From Lachnospiraceae bacterium (GTDB lineage Bacteria > Bacillota > Clostridia > Lachnospirales > Lachnospiraceae), in NCBI GenBank assembly GCA_900757195.1, contig CAAEMZ010000033.1, positions 51,678 to 115,677 on the forward strand: 64,000 bases of DNA, given 5' to 3'. The notes under the pieces are model-generated. The model worked only from the letters and a program-made list of their open reading frames with translations. It was not told where the DNA came from and searched no databases. The position numbers and the translations under genes were made by a program. This document shows, in pieces, positions 49,321 to 60,179 of this stretch; the stretch's first letter is position 1; every line of letters begins with the position of its first letter.

Positions 49321-51054
49321 ATGGATTACAAAGAGATATATGAGTCATGGCTGGCAAATCCGTATTTTGATGAGGCAACAAAGGCCGAGCTCTTAAGTAT
49401 CAAAGAAGATGATAAAGAGATTAAAGAACGTTTTTATAAAGACCTGGAATTTGGAACCGCCGGTCTTCGGGGAATTATCGGTGCCGGTACAAACCGGATG
49501 AACATTTATACCGTACGAAAGACGACGCAGGGACTGGCAAATTACATAAAGAAACAGAATAATGAAGCAAAGGGTGTGGCAATTGCCTTTGATTCACGGC
49601 GTATGTCTCCAGAATTTGCGGAGGAAGCGGCGTTATGTCTGGCAGCCAACGGTATTAAAGCTTATTTATTTGAATCGCTGAGACCGACACCGGAACTGTC
49701 CTTTGCAGTCCGTGAACTTGGATGTACTGCCGGAATCAATATTACCGCCAGTCACAATCCGCCGGAATACAACGGATATAAGGTGTACTGGGAGGATGGC
49801 GCTCAGATCACACCACCCCATGATAGCGGCATCATGTCGGAGGTTCAGGCCGTTACCGATTATAATGATGTTAAGACCATGGATAAAGATGAGGCCGTCA
49901 AACAGGGACTCTGCGTGATTATCGGCAAGGATATTGACGATAAGTACATCGCCCGCCTGAAAGAACAGGTGAAACATCCGGAAGCGATCAAAGCGATGGC
50001 GAAGGACTTAAAAATCGTTTACACACCGCTTCATGGTACAGGAAATATACCGGCCCGAAGAGTGTTAAAGGAACTCGGATTTGAAAATGTTTATGTTGTT
50101 CCTGAACAGGAGCTGCCGGACGGCGAATTCCCGACCGTCGGTTATCCGAATCCGGAAGCAGAAGAAGCTTTTGTTCTCGGATTAAAGCTGGCGAAGGAAG
50201 TGGATGCCGATCTGGTTCTGGCAACAGACCCGGATGCGGACCGTCTCGGTGTTCGCGTGAAGGATAAAAACGGTGAATATCATACATTGACCGGAAATAT
50301 GTCCGGATGTCTTCTGGCAGAGTATACCATCGGCCAGATGAAGGCGTTAAATGGCGGACTTCCGGAAGATGGCGCACTGATAAAGACGATTGTTACGACC
50401 AACATGGCGGACGCCGTTGCCAAACATTATGGTATCCGTCTGATCGAGTGTCTTACCGGATTTAAGTACATCGGCCAGCAGATTCTCGGATTTGAGACAA
50501 GCGGCAAGGGTACGTATCTTTTCGGATTTGAAGAGAGCTACGGCTGCCTGATCGGTACCCATGCCCGGGATAAAGATGCGATCGTGGCAACGATGGCGCT
50601 CTGTGAAGCGGCGGCTTACTACAAAACCCAGGGCAAGAACTTATGGGATGCTATGGTCGATATGTATGAGAAATACGGCTACTACAGAGATGAGGTGAAA
50701 TCCATTTCTCTGTCCGGTATTGAAGGCCTCGAAAAAATCCAGTCGATTATGGAAACACTGCGTGCCAATACGCCGAAGGAACTGGCAGGTATGCGCGTGG
50801 TTTCAGCACGGGATTATAAGAAAGACGTTATTGTGGATATGAAGACCGGTGAAACAAAACCGACAGGTCTTCCGGCCTCCAATGTCCTTTATTACGATCT
50901 GACGGATGACGCATGGCTTTGTGTACGTCCTTCCGGTACAGAACCGAAGATTAAGTTCTACTATGGTATTAAGGGCACATCGATGGCCGATGCCGATGCA
51001 AAATCAGAAACTGTCAGCAAGGCGCTGGATATTTTAATTGAATCGATGATGTAA
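49321..51054 (+). CDS. pgm: Phosphoglucomutase (PgcA-type)
   Basis: LEFGTAGLRG, TASHNP, DPDADR, FEESYG, RPSGTEPKIK. Confidence 0.9.
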   Translation: MDYKEIYESWLANPYFDEATKAELLSIKEDDKEIKERFYKDLEFGTAGLRGIIGAGTNRMNIYTVRKTTQGLANYIKKQNNEAKGVAIAFDSRRMSPEFAEEAALCLAANGIKAYLFESLRPTPELSFAVRELGCTAGINITASHNPPEYNGYKVYWEDGAQITPPHDSGIMSEVQAVTDYNDVKTMDKDEAVKQGLCVIIGKDIDDKYIARLKEQVKHPEAIKAMAKDLKIVYTPLHGTGNIPARRVLKELGFENVYVVPEQELPDGEFPTVGYPNPEAEEAFVLGLKLAKEVDADLVLATDPDADRLGVRVKDKNGEYHTLTGNMSGCLLAEYTIGQMKALNGGLPEDGALIKTIVTTNMADAVAKHYGIRLIECLTGFKYIGQQILGFETSGKGTYLFGFEESYGCLIGTHARDKDAIVATMALCEAAAYYKTQGKNLWDAMVDMYEKYGYYRDEVKSISLSGIEGLEKIQSIMETLRANTPKELAGMRVVSARDYKKDVIVDMKTGETKPTGLPASNVLYYDLTDDAWLCVRPSGTEPKIKFYYGIKGTSMADADAKSETVSKALDILIESMM

Positions 51055-51079
51055 TGAAAGCTTACAGCGAATTCGAAGG

Positions 51080-51119
51080 AGGATGGCTGTTCTGCGAAAG
51101 CAGGACGCCATCCTTTTTT
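51080..51119 (+). terminator. Intrinsic terminator after pgm
   Basis: aggatggc..ctgc-gaaa-gcag..gccatcctttttt. Confidence 0.8.
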
Positions 51120-51241
51120 GTCAGGGGAATGTTCGGAGGTGTCCGCCCTGTTTGCGGAAAATTTTTGACAGAGCTTTTCCGGGAATCGGAATATTGACGG
51201 AGGCCGGGGCATAGGCTGGTAAAAAAGGTGGTCAGAGGGTC

Positions 51242-51667
51242 ATGAAAAATATTTTCGGAAAAGTGCTTGGAATTGTACTGGGGATGCTGTGCTTTTGTAT
51301 TCCCCTTTGGGGCTGCGCCATGCTCGAGACTTCGGATAAGAAGGTATCGGAAATTGATTTTACGGTGGTGAGCCCGGAGGAACTGCCGGAGGAAATCCGG
51401 ACGATGATCGACGAACGGAAAAATGAGGCTTTTCAGATGGCATATCACGACGGGACGTATTCATATATTATCGTTGGCTACGGGCAGCAGGAAACTTCCG
51501 GATACAGCATTTCGGTCAATGATGTGTATCAGGGGGAGGACGGCATATGGGTGGATACAGATTTCATCGGGCCGGAAAAATCCGAAAAGACGGAGGCTGC
51601 CGCAACCAGTCCCTTTGTCGTTATAAAAATTGATGCTGTGGACCAGACGATTCGATTTAAAAATTAG
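51242..51667 (+). CDS. PrcB C-terminal-domain lipoprotein
   Basis: Lipobox LWGC; YIIVGYGQQETSGYSI and SPFVVIK motifs. Confidence 0.7.
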   Translation: MKNIFGKVLGIVLGMLCFCIPLWGCAMLETSDKKVSEIDFTVVSPEELPEEIRTMIDERKNEAFQMAYHDGTYSYIIVGYGQQETSGYSISVNDVYQGEDGIWVDTDFIGPEKSEKTEAAATSPFVVIKIDAVDQTIRFKN

Positions 51668-51678
51668 GAGGATGGACG

Positions 51679-53244
51679 ATGAATGTATCGAAGACCTATA
51701 TCCGGGTGCCGGTGTATAAGAACCGGGCGGATGTACAGCTGACGCTGGACAATGATTTTAATGTGCCGGATTCGAAACCGGACATGGAACGGATTATTCA
51801 GGAAAAGGGGATGCTGCATATCCGGGATATAAAGCCGGGAAAGGATAAATGCGTCATCCGGGGTGAACTGGCCTTCGGAATTCTTTATATGGGGGATGAC
51901 GGAAGCAGCCAGCTCCAGTCCATTGAAGGCAGTATTCCCTTTGAAGAAACGGTGAATATGGACGGCCTTCAGGATACGGATCACATGGATATCCGGTGGG
52001 ATATGGAAGATTTGCGGACAGGAATGATTAATTCGCGGAAAACAAGTGTTCGGTCTATCATCCTTCTTCGGGTGACCGCGCTGCGGATGGGCGAGGAGGA
52101 AGCGGCTATGGCTGTCGAGGATAGTGAAGATTTATGGGCCCAGAATAAAACCTGCCATCTGAGCCGGAAATATGTCAGTCAGAAGGACCAGCTCCGCATC
52201 CGGGAGGAAGCGGCTATTCCGGCCAACCGGCCGAATATGATGGAGATGATATGGCATCAGGAGAATCTTGAAAATCTGGAAATAAAGCTGCTGGACGGCG
52301 GTATATCCATCCGGGGCCAGTTGTCGGTATTTATTCTTTACCGGGATGAAACGATGGAGAATCCGGTCAATGATGTGGAGCTTAATGTGCCGGTGGATGG
52401 AAAGCTGGACTTTCCCGATGTGACCCAGGAAATGATACCGGATATTAAAGTCTGTATGGATCATCTGAATCTGGATATCCGCAGCGATAAGGACGGGGAA
52501 GCCCGGGTTGTCGGGGTTGAAGCGGTACTGGCAGCAGATATGAATATTTACCAGGAAGAGACCATCCGGCTTCTGCAGGATATCTATTCTCCGAAGGTGA
52601 CGCTTATACCGGAAATTAAGACAGTGACACTGGAGAATCTGGTCATGAAAAATCAGTCCCGGTGCCCGGTGCGGGAAAAAATCCATCTGGGTGAAGGGGG
52701 ACGGATGCTGCAGATCTGCCATACACGGGCCAATGTCAAGATTGACCAGACAGAGCTTTGTGATGAAGGGATTCTTGTGGAAGGGGTAGTCTATCTCGGA
52801 ATTCTTTATATTGCCGCAGATGACCGGAAACCGGTGAATGCGGCAAAGGCAGCCGTGCCTTTTTCCTATACGGTCGAAGCGGAGAATCTCGGGGAAGATG
52901 CCGTGTATGATATGTATTCCAGCCTGGAACAGCTCAGCGCCACGATGACGGATAACGATGAAATCGAAGTGAAAATGGTGATTTCCCTGGATGCTTCAAT
53001 CTTTAAACCGATGGAGCTTCAGGTGGTGGCCCAGGTCGGGGAGGAGCCGCTGGATTTTGAAAAAATAGAGGCGATGCCGGGGATGACGGGGCATGTTGTT
53101 ACCGAAGGGGATTCTATCTGGAAGCTGGCGAAGGCCTACTATGCATCGCCGGAGGATATCCGGGAAGTCAATGGCTTAAAGGGGGATGAGCTGCCTGTCG
53201 GCCAGCCGCTGTTAATCATGAAAAACATGGAAATATTAAAATAA
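51679..53244 (+). CDS. SPOCS (DUF3794) repeat plus LysM spore coat morphogenetic protein (SipL-like)
   Basis: DFNVPDSKPDM, repeated GxLxxxILY beta domains, C-terminal LysM HVVTEGDSIWKLAKAY...IREVN. Confidence 0.85.
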   Translation: MNVSKTYIRVPVYKNRADVQLTLDNDFNVPDSKPDMERIIQEKGMLHIRDIKPGKDKCVIRGELAFGILYMGDDGSSQLQSIEGSIPFEETVNMDGLQDTDHMDIRWDMEDLRTGMINSRKTSVRSIILLRVTALRMGEEEAAMAVEDSEDLWAQNKTCHLSRKYVSQKDQLRIREEAAIPANRPNMMEMIWHQENLENLEIKLLDGGISIRGQLSVFILYRDETMENPVNDVELNVPVDGKLDFPDVTQEMIPDIKVCMDHLNLDIRSDKDGEARVVGVEAVLAADMNIYQEETIRLLQDIYSPKVTLIPEIKTVTLENLVMKNQSRCPVREKIHLGEGGRMLQICHTRANVKIDQTELCDEGILVEGVVYLGILYIAADDRKPVNAAKAAVPFSYTVEAENLGEDAVYDMYSSLEQLSATMTDNDEIEVKMVISLDASIFKPMELQVVAQVGEEPLDFEKIEAMPGMTGHVVTEGDSIWKLAKAYYASPEDIREVNGLKGDELPVGQPLLIMKNMEILK

Positions 53245-53326
53245 GACTTGAAATAAAGCGAATATTATTTATAATTGTATATATAGTGAATTTTGTATAC
53301 AAAAAACAATAGAGGAAGGGATAGTT

Positions 53327-54208
53327 ATGAATACGATTCAGATGAAGGCCTTTGGTAAGGTGAACCTGGGGCTGGACGTTGTCCGCAGACGCGCGGACGG
53401 GTATCATGAAGTGCGTATGATTATGCAGACAGTCCAGTTGTTTGATAAAGTATCCATTGAGAAGCGGAGTAAGGCGGGCATCCGGATTAAAACCAATCTG
53501 CCGTTTCTTCCGGTCAATGCGAATAATATTGCCTATAAAGCGGCGAAGATGCTTATGGATGAATTCGGAATTCAGGCAGGCGTGGCGATCGATATTGAAA
53601 AACATATTCCCGTAGCCGCCGGTATGGCGGGCGGCAGTACAGACGGTGCGGCCGTACTCTACGGAATAAACCGCCTGTTTAACCTCGGCCTTTCAAAACG
53701 TCAGTTGATGGAACGGGGGGTTAAGCTGGGAGCGGATGTTCCTTACTGTATTCTGCGGGGGACGGTTCTCTCGGAGGGGATTGGTGAGATCCTGACACCG
53801 GTGAAAGCATTGCCGGACTGCCATATACTGATCGCAAAGCCGCCGGTCAGCGTATCGACAAAGTATGTCTATGAACACCTGAAACTGGACGATTCGATCC
53901 GGCATCCGGATATTGACGGTATGGTGGCAGCGCTGAAAAACGGAGATCTTTCCGGTGTGACATCCCGGATGGGAAATGTCCTGGAAAGTGTGACAGCGGT
54001 GAAACATCCCGAAATTGAAGCGATTAAACAGACGATGATCCGGGAGGGCGCTCTGGGGGCTTTGATGAGCGGCAGCGGACCGACGGTATTCGGTATTTTT
54101 GATGATAAGGAAAAAGGGAAACAGGCCCGGGAGATTTTAAAACAGGGAACACTCGCGCGTCAGGTTTACCTGGTACGCCCTTACAATATACGTCCATATC
54201 ATAAATAG
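53327..54208 (+). CDS. ispE: 4-diphosphocytidyl-2-C-methyl-D-erythritol kinase
   Basis: KVNLGLDV, DGYHE, KHIPVAAGMAGGSTD, GADVP, MSGSGPTVF. Confidence 0.95.
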   Translation: MNTIQMKAFGKVNLGLDVVRRRADGYHEVRMIMQTVQLFDKVSIEKRSKAGIRIKTNLPFLPVNANNIAYKAAKMLMDEFGIQAGVAIDIEKHIPVAAGMAGGSTDGAAVLYGINRLFNLGLSKRQLMERGVKLGADVPYCILRGTVLSEGIGEILTPVKALPDCHILIAKPPVSVSTKYVYEHLKLDDSIRHPDIDGMVAALKNGDLSGVTSRMGNVLESVTAVKHPEIEAIKQTMIREGALGALMSGSGPTVFGIFDDKEKGKQAREILKQGTLARQVYLVRPYNIRPYHK

Positions 54209-54235
54209 AAGACTTGCAGAGAAGGGGAGAAAAGA

Positions 54236-54928
54236 ATGCATAATTTTCAGATGAATATAAATGAATACTTACCGTTGAGAGATGTGGTATTTTATACACT
54301 GCGTCAGGCAATTTTAAAAGGAGAACTGGAACCGGGAGAGCGTCTGATGGAGATGCAGCTTGCCGAACAGCTCGGCGTGAGCCGGACTCCGATTCGTGAA
54401 GCGATCCGAAAGCTGGAGCTGGAGGGCCTTGTGCTGATGATTCCGAGACGCGGTGCCATTGTAGCAAAGATTACGGAAAAGGATTTAAAGGACGTTCTTG
54501 AAGTGCGGGCCTCTCTGGAGCGGCTGTCCACCAAGCTCGCCTGCGAACGGATGGAAGAAGAAACGATTGAAGAACTGCGGGAAGCGCAGGAAGCTTTTAA
54601 AGCGGCCCTCAGAGGGGATGATATTACGCTTCAGGCGCAGAAAGATGTGGAATTTCACGATGTTATTTATAAATCGACCAATAACCTCCGGCTGATCCAG
54701 ATGCTGAATAATCTTCGGGAGCAGATGTACCGCTACCGTCTGGAATATCTGAAAGACGGCACCTCCCATCAGAAGCTGGTCGAAGAACACGAGGCGATCA
54801 TCGAAGCGCTTTCCCGGAGGGACACCGAAGAAACCACGAACATTATGGTGGGGCATGTCTATAATCAGGAACAGGCTGTGATGCGTAAGATCCATGAAGC
54901 GGAAAGCACCGGACCTCTGAAAAAATAA
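54236..54928 (+). CDS. GntR-family regulator (FCD)
   Basis: PLRDVV..LRQAILKGELEPGERL, LGVSRTPIREA. Confidence 0.9.
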   Translation: MHNFQMNINEYLPLRDVVFYTLRQAILKGELEPGERLMEMQLAEQLGVSRTPIREAIRKLELEGLVLMIPRRGAIVAKITEKDLKDVLEVRASLERLSTKLACERMEEETIEELREAQEAFKAALRGDDITLQAQKDVEFHDVIYKSTNNLRLIQMLNNLREQMYRYRLEYLKDGTSHQKLVEEHEAIIEALSRRDTEETTNIMVGHVYNQEQAVMRKIHEAESTGPLKK

Positions 54929-55015
54929 AGTTTTGTAAATAAAAAGAAAGTCTTTTGCACAGAATAGTGCAAAGGGCTTTCTTTTTTTGATACAGATATT
55001 CCGGAGGTGGGGACT

Positions 55016-56503
55016 ATGAAAATTTCTAAACAACTGGATGTCAATATCCGGGAACTGGAAAAACAGTTTACGGATTGCAGCGATATTATTCACCGCCCTC
55101 TGGTGGCTGCGGGGCGGACGGTGTATGTGGTGTATGTGGATTCTCTGATTGACAGAGATCTGGTCGAGGGTGAATTTCTTAAAAATATGATGTATGGCGT
55201 GGACCGGATACCGGACACCAACGTTTTTGATTTTATACAGAAACAGGTCATTACTACAGCGGATACGAAGGCTGCGGACACGATTTGGGATGCGGTTCTC
55301 GAGGTGCTGTCGGGGAACACGGCGCTTTTTATTTCCGGGTGCAGCCAGGCGCTGATTATTTCCAGCCGGAAGTATCCGGGACGGGGTGTTCAGAGTGCGG
55401 AATCCGAGGTCTCTGTCCGGGGACCAAAGGACAGCTTTACAGAGTCTATGCGGATCAATACGCTGCTCGTGCGCCGGCGCATCCGGGATACACGGCTGAA
55501 GACCATTCAGAAGAAAATCGGCGTCCGGTCTCAGACGGATATAACGATTATGTATATGGAAGGGATCGCCCGCCCGGAGATTGTCCGGGATATCCGGGAA
55601 CGGCTGGACAGCTTTGAAATCGATGGCATTTTTGACAGCGGTGAGTTTGAACAACTGACAGAAACGGATAAATATTCCCCCTTCCCCCAGTTTCAGTCCA
55701 CGGAGCGGCCGGATAAAGCGGCATCGGCGGCTCTGGAGGGAAGGGTCATTGTCATTGTTGATAATTCTCCGATGGTTCTTTTACTGCCGACGACCCTTAA
55801 CTGTTTTTTTCAGGCGTCCGACGATTATTACAACCGTTGGGGAATCGTCTGCTTTGTGCGTATTTTGAGATATGGGGCGGCGCTGATCGCCATGGGGCTT
55901 CCGGCTTTTTATATCGCGATTGCCTGCTTTCATCCGGAGATGCTGCCGACAAGTCTGGAATTGTCTTTTGCGGCAGCGCGGGAGGGGGTGCCCTTTCCGC
56001 TTCCGGTGGAGGTGCTCTTGCTGGAGCTTGCTTTTGAACTGCTCCGTGAGGCGGGAATCCGTCTGCCGGGACCTATGGGCAGCGCCCTGGGAATTGTCGG
56101 AGGACTGATTATCGGTCAGGCGGCGGTGGAGGCCAATATCGTCAGTCCGATCGTGGTGATTATCGTGGCGCTGACGGCGTTGTCGTCCTTTACGATACCG
56201 AATGAAGGCTTTGCATCGGCATTTCGGCTGGTGAAATTCTATCTGATTCTGCTGGCTTCCTTCCTCGGCATTTACGGCTTTGTCCTCGGGCTTCTGACGG
56301 TACTTATCCATCTGGCTTCGCTGAAAAGCTTTGGAATTCCTTATCTGATGCCTTATGTGGCGGTGAAAGCGGATGATAATGAGGACCTTCAGGACGGTAT
56401 TTTAAGGAAACCCCTGACCGGACTGAAAAAACGTCCGATTTTTGCACAGAAGAGCCAGAGAATCCGCTACAGGGCAAAGGGGGAGAAAGATGTTTTCAAA
56501 TAA
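55016..56503 (+). CDS. Spore germination receptor subunit A (GerA/GerKA family)
   Basis: RGPKDSFTE, SPFPQFQSTERPD, REGVPFP, LLREAGIRLP, GLIIGQAAV, SFGIPY. Confidence 0.92.
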   Translation: MKISKQLDVNIRELEKQFTDCSDIIHRPLVAAGRTVYVVYVDSLIDRDLVEGEFLKNMMYGVDRIPDTNVFDFIQKQVITTADTKAADTIWDAVLEVLSGNTALFISGCSQALIISSRKYPGRGVQSAESEVSVRGPKDSFTESMRINTLLVRRRIRDTRLKTIQKKIGVRSQTDITIMYMEGIARPEIVRDIRERLDSFEIDGIFDSGEFEQLTETDKYSPFPQFQSTERPDKAASAALEGRVIVIVDNSPMVLLLPTTLNCFFQASDDYYNRWGIVCFVRILRYGAALIAMGLPAFYIAIACFHPEMLPTSLELSFAAAREGVPFPLPVEVLLLELAFELLREAGIRLPGPMGSALGIVGGLIIGQAAVEANIVSPIVVIIVALTALSSFTIPNEGFASAFRLVKFYLILLASFLGIYGFVLGLLTVLIHLASLKSFGIPYLMPYVAVKADDNEDLQDGILRKPLTGLKKRPIFAQKSQRIRYRAKGEKDVFK

Positions 56504-58151
56504 TGGAGAAATTTCAAACCATCAGACGACCCGTCTGCTGATTTTGGATGTATTTACGGGAGCGGTACTTTTTCTGCCGGGGACGCTCGCACGCATCTGT
56601 GGCAGCGGCGGGCTGACGGCTCTGATTCTGGGACTGCTGCTCACGCTGGCGGACGGCGCGCTGCTCGCCTGGAGCTTCCGGCGCTGCGGCAGTGCCTACA
56701 TTCCGGCGCTGGGACAGGGCATTGGCGGGCATCTGCTCCGTTGGCTTTACGGCATCCGATGCATTGGAACGTTTATTTTTTTGATCGGCATGTTTACCAC
56801 CGTACTGAATGAAACCTTTCTTTACATGATGCCCAAATGGCTGCTGATCGGTGGGATGGTGCCGGTACTTATTTACGGCAGCCTTCAGGGCATTGAGGTG
56901 CGTTCACGGCTGGCGGAAATACTCTTTTATCTGGTGCTGGTTCCGATTATCCTTATCGGAATGTTTTCCATCCCGGAGGGAAATTTTTTCCGGCTTCTGG
57001 ATATGTCCGGTATTTCCCTGAAAGGGGTTGTTCAGGGAACCCTTGTCACATGGGTTTTAATGGCGCCGATGGAGTGGATGCTCTATATTGCTCCGGCAGA
57101 AAAAAATGACAAAGTGTTTCAGAGCTTTGCGAAATCTATCGGTGTGGGCGGCGGACTGGTGCTGCTGATTTACGGACTGTGTGTGGCGGTCCTCGGTGTT
57201 CCGGGAATGGCCGGAGAACATTGGCCGACGGTCATTCTCATGCAGATCGTTCGGATTCCGGGCGGTTTTATGTCCAGGCAGGACGGTTTGATGCTTTCCT
57301 TCTGGATTTTTGCCATGTTCATGAGTCTGTCCGGTGCGCTGAGCCATGGAGCGAAGCTTCTGGGACGGGGCCGGGTAAAGAGCCGTCCGTGGAAAGTCTG
57401 GGCCCTCGGCATTGCCGGCGGCATTGTTTCGTGGTTTTTGGGGCTGAACCGGGAATTTCTGAATCTGTACTTCTGGTGGATGCTTTTATCCGGGGCAGTT
57501 CTTCTGGGAATTGTTCCATGGGCGGCCGGGATGAAAAAGAAACGGGCAGGAGCCCTGATACTGGCAGTGATACTGGCGGCCGGACTGACAGGCTGTGAAA
57601 ACTACGTGGAACTGGAAAACCGGGCCTTTGTGATGGCTCTCGGGGTGGATTCGGGCGAGGCGCAGACCTATAAAATGACCTATACCTTTCCGGATCTGGA
57701 GACGCTGACCGGAACAAAGGGCGGCATCAAATATCCGGTGACATATCTGGAAGGCGACAGCCTTGACGACTGTAAAAAAAAGTATGACAGTATGTCCGGA
57801 AAGGCCCTGGATTACGGTCAGGTGAAAGTCATTGTCCTTGGAAAAGCCGTGGCACAAAATCCGGAAAAAATGGAAAAGCTGCTGAAAGAGATCAAAGAAA
57901 ATCCGGAATTCGCGCGGACGGTGCTCGTCTGTGAAAGTGTGGCGACAGGCGGGGAAATCCTCGCCCTGGATACGGAGGTTGCCGGTTCGGTGGGGATTTA
58001 TCTGGATGAGATGTTTCGGAATAACGGAAAAAAACTGGGAATCGAGCCGGTCATTTTGAATGATCTGATTCTGAAAATGGACGGCTCCGGGGAGGAAATC
58101 CGTATCCCGAAACTCTTCGTTTATGATAAAAAACCTCGGATTTTACGCTGA
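56490..58151 (+). CDS. Fused germination receptor subunit B (GerAB/KB) and N-terminal part of subunit C
   Basis: About 347 aa multi-TM GerB region (GIEVRSRLAE, GFMSRQD) continuing without a stop into MKKKR...LTGC lipobox and ELENRAFVMALGVD of Ger(x)C. Confidence 0.8.
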   Translation: MFSNNGEISNHQTTRLLILDVFTGAVLFLPGTLARICGSGGLTALILGLLLTLADGALLAWSFRRCGSAYIPALGQGIGGHLLRWLYGIRCIGTFIFLIGMFTTVLNETFLYMMPKWLLIGGMVPVLIYGSLQGIEVRSRLAEILFYLVLVPIILIGMFSIPEGNFFRLLDMSGISLKGVVQGTLVTWVLMAPMEWMLYIAPAEKNDKVFQSFAKSIGVGGGLVLLIYGLCVAVLGVPGMAGEHWPTVILMQIVRIPGGFMSRQDGLMLSFWIFAMFMSLSGALSHGAKLLGRGRVKSRPWKVWALGIAGGIVSWFLGLNREFLNLYFWWMLLSGAVLLGIVPWAAGMKKKRAGALILAVILAAGLTGCENYVELENRAFVMALGVDSGEAQTYKMTYTFPDLETLTGTKGGIKYPVTYLEGDSLDDCKKKYDSMSGKALDYGQVKVIVLGKAVAQNPEKMEKLLKEIKENPEFARTVLVCESVATGGEILALDTEVAGSVGIYLDEMFRNNGKKLGIEPVILNDLILKMDGSGEEIRIPKLFVYDKKPRILR

Positions 58152-58272
58152 TTTTCCCGAATCTGCGTGGAAGATTGGGGGAAGAAACCAGTTGAATAAT
58201 TAGAATGAATCAGGTACAATAGATAAAAAACTACAATACCATAACTATGGATAGATAACAGAGGTGCAAAAC

Positions 58273-59337
58273 ATGTGTAATAAATTAACTGTAGCGGTAG
58301 TATTTGGCGGACAGTCTTCCGAGCATGATGTTTCCTGCGTTTCAGGGGCAACGATCATGAAGGCTTTAAACCCGGAAAAGTACGAGATGATTCTGATCGG
58401 AATTACAAAAGAGGGCCGTTGGCTGCTGGCAGATTCCATTAAGGATGTCGAAAGCGGCGCATGGGAAAACAGCCGGACCCAGGCCATCATTTCTCCGGAT
58501 GCCGGAGATGGCGGCATCATCTTTTCCGAAGGGGAGCGGGTCTGGAAGAAAAAGGTGGATGTGATTTTCCCTGTGCTTCACGGTATGTACGGTGAGGACG
58601 GAACGATCCAGGGTCTGTTTGAACTGTGCCGGATTCCATATGTTGGCTGCGGCGTTCTGGCGTCCAGCGTTTCCATGGATAAGATTTATACAAAAATCGT
58701 TGTGGATACACTGAATATCCGTCAGGCCAGATATGTATCGGTCAGCCACATCGAAATGCGGGATGTGGTAAAATGCGCGGAGAAGGTTGAAGCGGCGCTG
58801 GAGTATCCGGTGTTTGTCAAACCTTCCAAAGCCGGTTCTTCTGTCGGCGTCAATAAAGCGGTGGACAGAGAAAGTCTGATCCGGGCGCTGGAGGAAGCGA
58901 TAAAACATGATATTCATGTGCTGGTTGAAGAAACGATTGTCGGACGGGAGATTGAATGTGCGGTTCTCGGCGGCTATGAACCGGCGGCCTCCGATGTGGG
59001 CGAAGTGCTTTCCGCTGAAGAATTCTATACGTTTGATGCGAAGTACAATAATGCAGCGTCTAAAACCGACCTGCATCCGGTATTTCCGGAAGGTAAACTC
59101 GAAGAAGTCCGTAAAGATGCGGTGGATATTTTCAGAGCTCTGGATGGCTTTGGATGCGCCCGTGTCGATTTCTTTATGGAAAAAGATACAAATGAAGTTG
59201 TATTTAATGAAATCAATACACTGCCTGGATTTACTTCGATAAGTATGTATCCGATGCTTTGGAATGAAAAGGGCTTGTCCAATGAAGCGCTGGTGGACCG
59301 GATGATTCAGCATGCCTTTGAGCGTTACGCCAGATAG
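58273..59337 (+). CDS. ddl: D-alanine--D-alanine ligase
   Basis: FGGQSSEHDVS, LHGMYGEDGTIQG, GSSVGV, FYTFDAKY, NEINTLPGFT. Confidence 0.95.
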   Translation: MCNKLTVAVVFGGQSSEHDVSCVSGATIMKALNPEKYEMILIGITKEGRWLLADSIKDVESGAWENSRTQAIISPDAGDGGIIFSEGERVWKKKVDVIFPVLHGMYGEDGTIQGLFELCRIPYVGCGVLASSVSMDKIYTKIVVDTLNIRQARYVSVSHIEMRDVVKCAEKVEAALEYPVFVKPSKAGSSVGVNKAVDRESLIRALEEAIKHDIHVLVEETIVGREIECAVLGGYEPAASDVGEVLSAEEFYTFDAKYNNAASKTDLHPVFPEGKLEEVRKDAVDIFRALDGFGCARVDFFMEKDTNEVVFNEINTLPGFTSISMYPMLWNEKGLSNEALVDRMIQHAFERYAR

Positions 59338-59349
59338 GAGGTTCAGAAG

Positions 59350-60156
59350 ATGCAGACAGATGCACCGATTGGGGTTTTTGATTCCGGTGTCGGGGGTCTG
59401 ACCGTCGTCCGGGAGATTATCCGGCAGCTTCCGTCAGAAAACATTGTTTATTTTGGAGATACGGCCAGAGTTCCCTACGGAACAAAGTCCAGAGATACCA
59501 TTATTAATTATTCGGAACAGATTGTTCACTTTCTAATGACAAAACAGGTAAAGGCCATTGTTGTGGCCTGCAATACAGCCACATCCTATGCGCTGGATGT
59601 GCTGAAAGAAAAAATAGATATACCGATTATCGGGGTCGTGCAGCCGGGAGCGCTGGTTGCCGCCAACACGACAAAAAACGGCAGGGTCGGCGTGATCGCC
59701 ACAGAGGCTACGGTCGGCAGCGGTATTTATCCATCGGTGATTCACGGCTATAATCCGGATATTCAGGTAACTCAGAAGGCCTGTCCGCTGCTTGTATCCC
59801 TGGTGGAGGAAGGATGGACCGATGATCCGGTGACCGATGAAGTGATCCGGCGTTACATGGATTCCCTGAAAAAATCCGGTGTGGACACGCTGGTCCTCGG
59901 ATGTACCCATTATCCGCTTTTGAGAAAAGCCATCGGCCGTCTGGTCGGCGATGAAGTCGAGCTGGTGAATCCGGCCTATGAAACTGCCTGCAGTCTCCGG
60001 GCGCTCTTAAAGAAAGAGGGCATTTACCGGGAGACCGGAGAGCCGGCGTATCATTTTTTCGTCAGTGACGGGGCAGAACGGTTCAGCAAGTTTGCCAACT
60101 CCATTCTTCCGGTGGATCTTGTGCCGACCCGGCTGGTACCTATTGAAAATTATTAA
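59350..60156 (+). CDS. murI: Glutamate racemase
   Basis: FDSGVGGLTV, ACNTA, LGCTHYP. Confidence 0.96.
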   Translation: MQTDAPIGVFDSGVGGLTVVREIIRQLPSENIVYFGDTARVPYGTKSRDTIINYSEQIVHFLMTKQVKAIVVACNTATSYALDVLKEKIDIPIIGVVQPGALVAANTTKNGRVGVIATEATVGSGIYPSVIHGYNPDIQVTQKACPLLVSLVEEGWTDDPVTDEVIRRYMDSLKKSGVDTLVLGCTHYPLLRKAIGRLVGDEVELVNPAYETACSLRALLKKEGIYRETGEPAYHFFVSDGAERFSKFANSILPVDLVPTRLVPIENY

Positions 60157-60179
60157 CAGACGGAGGCAGAAAATACATA

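Noticed and set aside
58273..59337. Vancomycin-resistance (D-Ala-D-Lac/Ser) ligase
   Set aside because: Omega loop ends AKY as in D-Ala-D-Ala ligases; housekeeping context with murI and no van genes.
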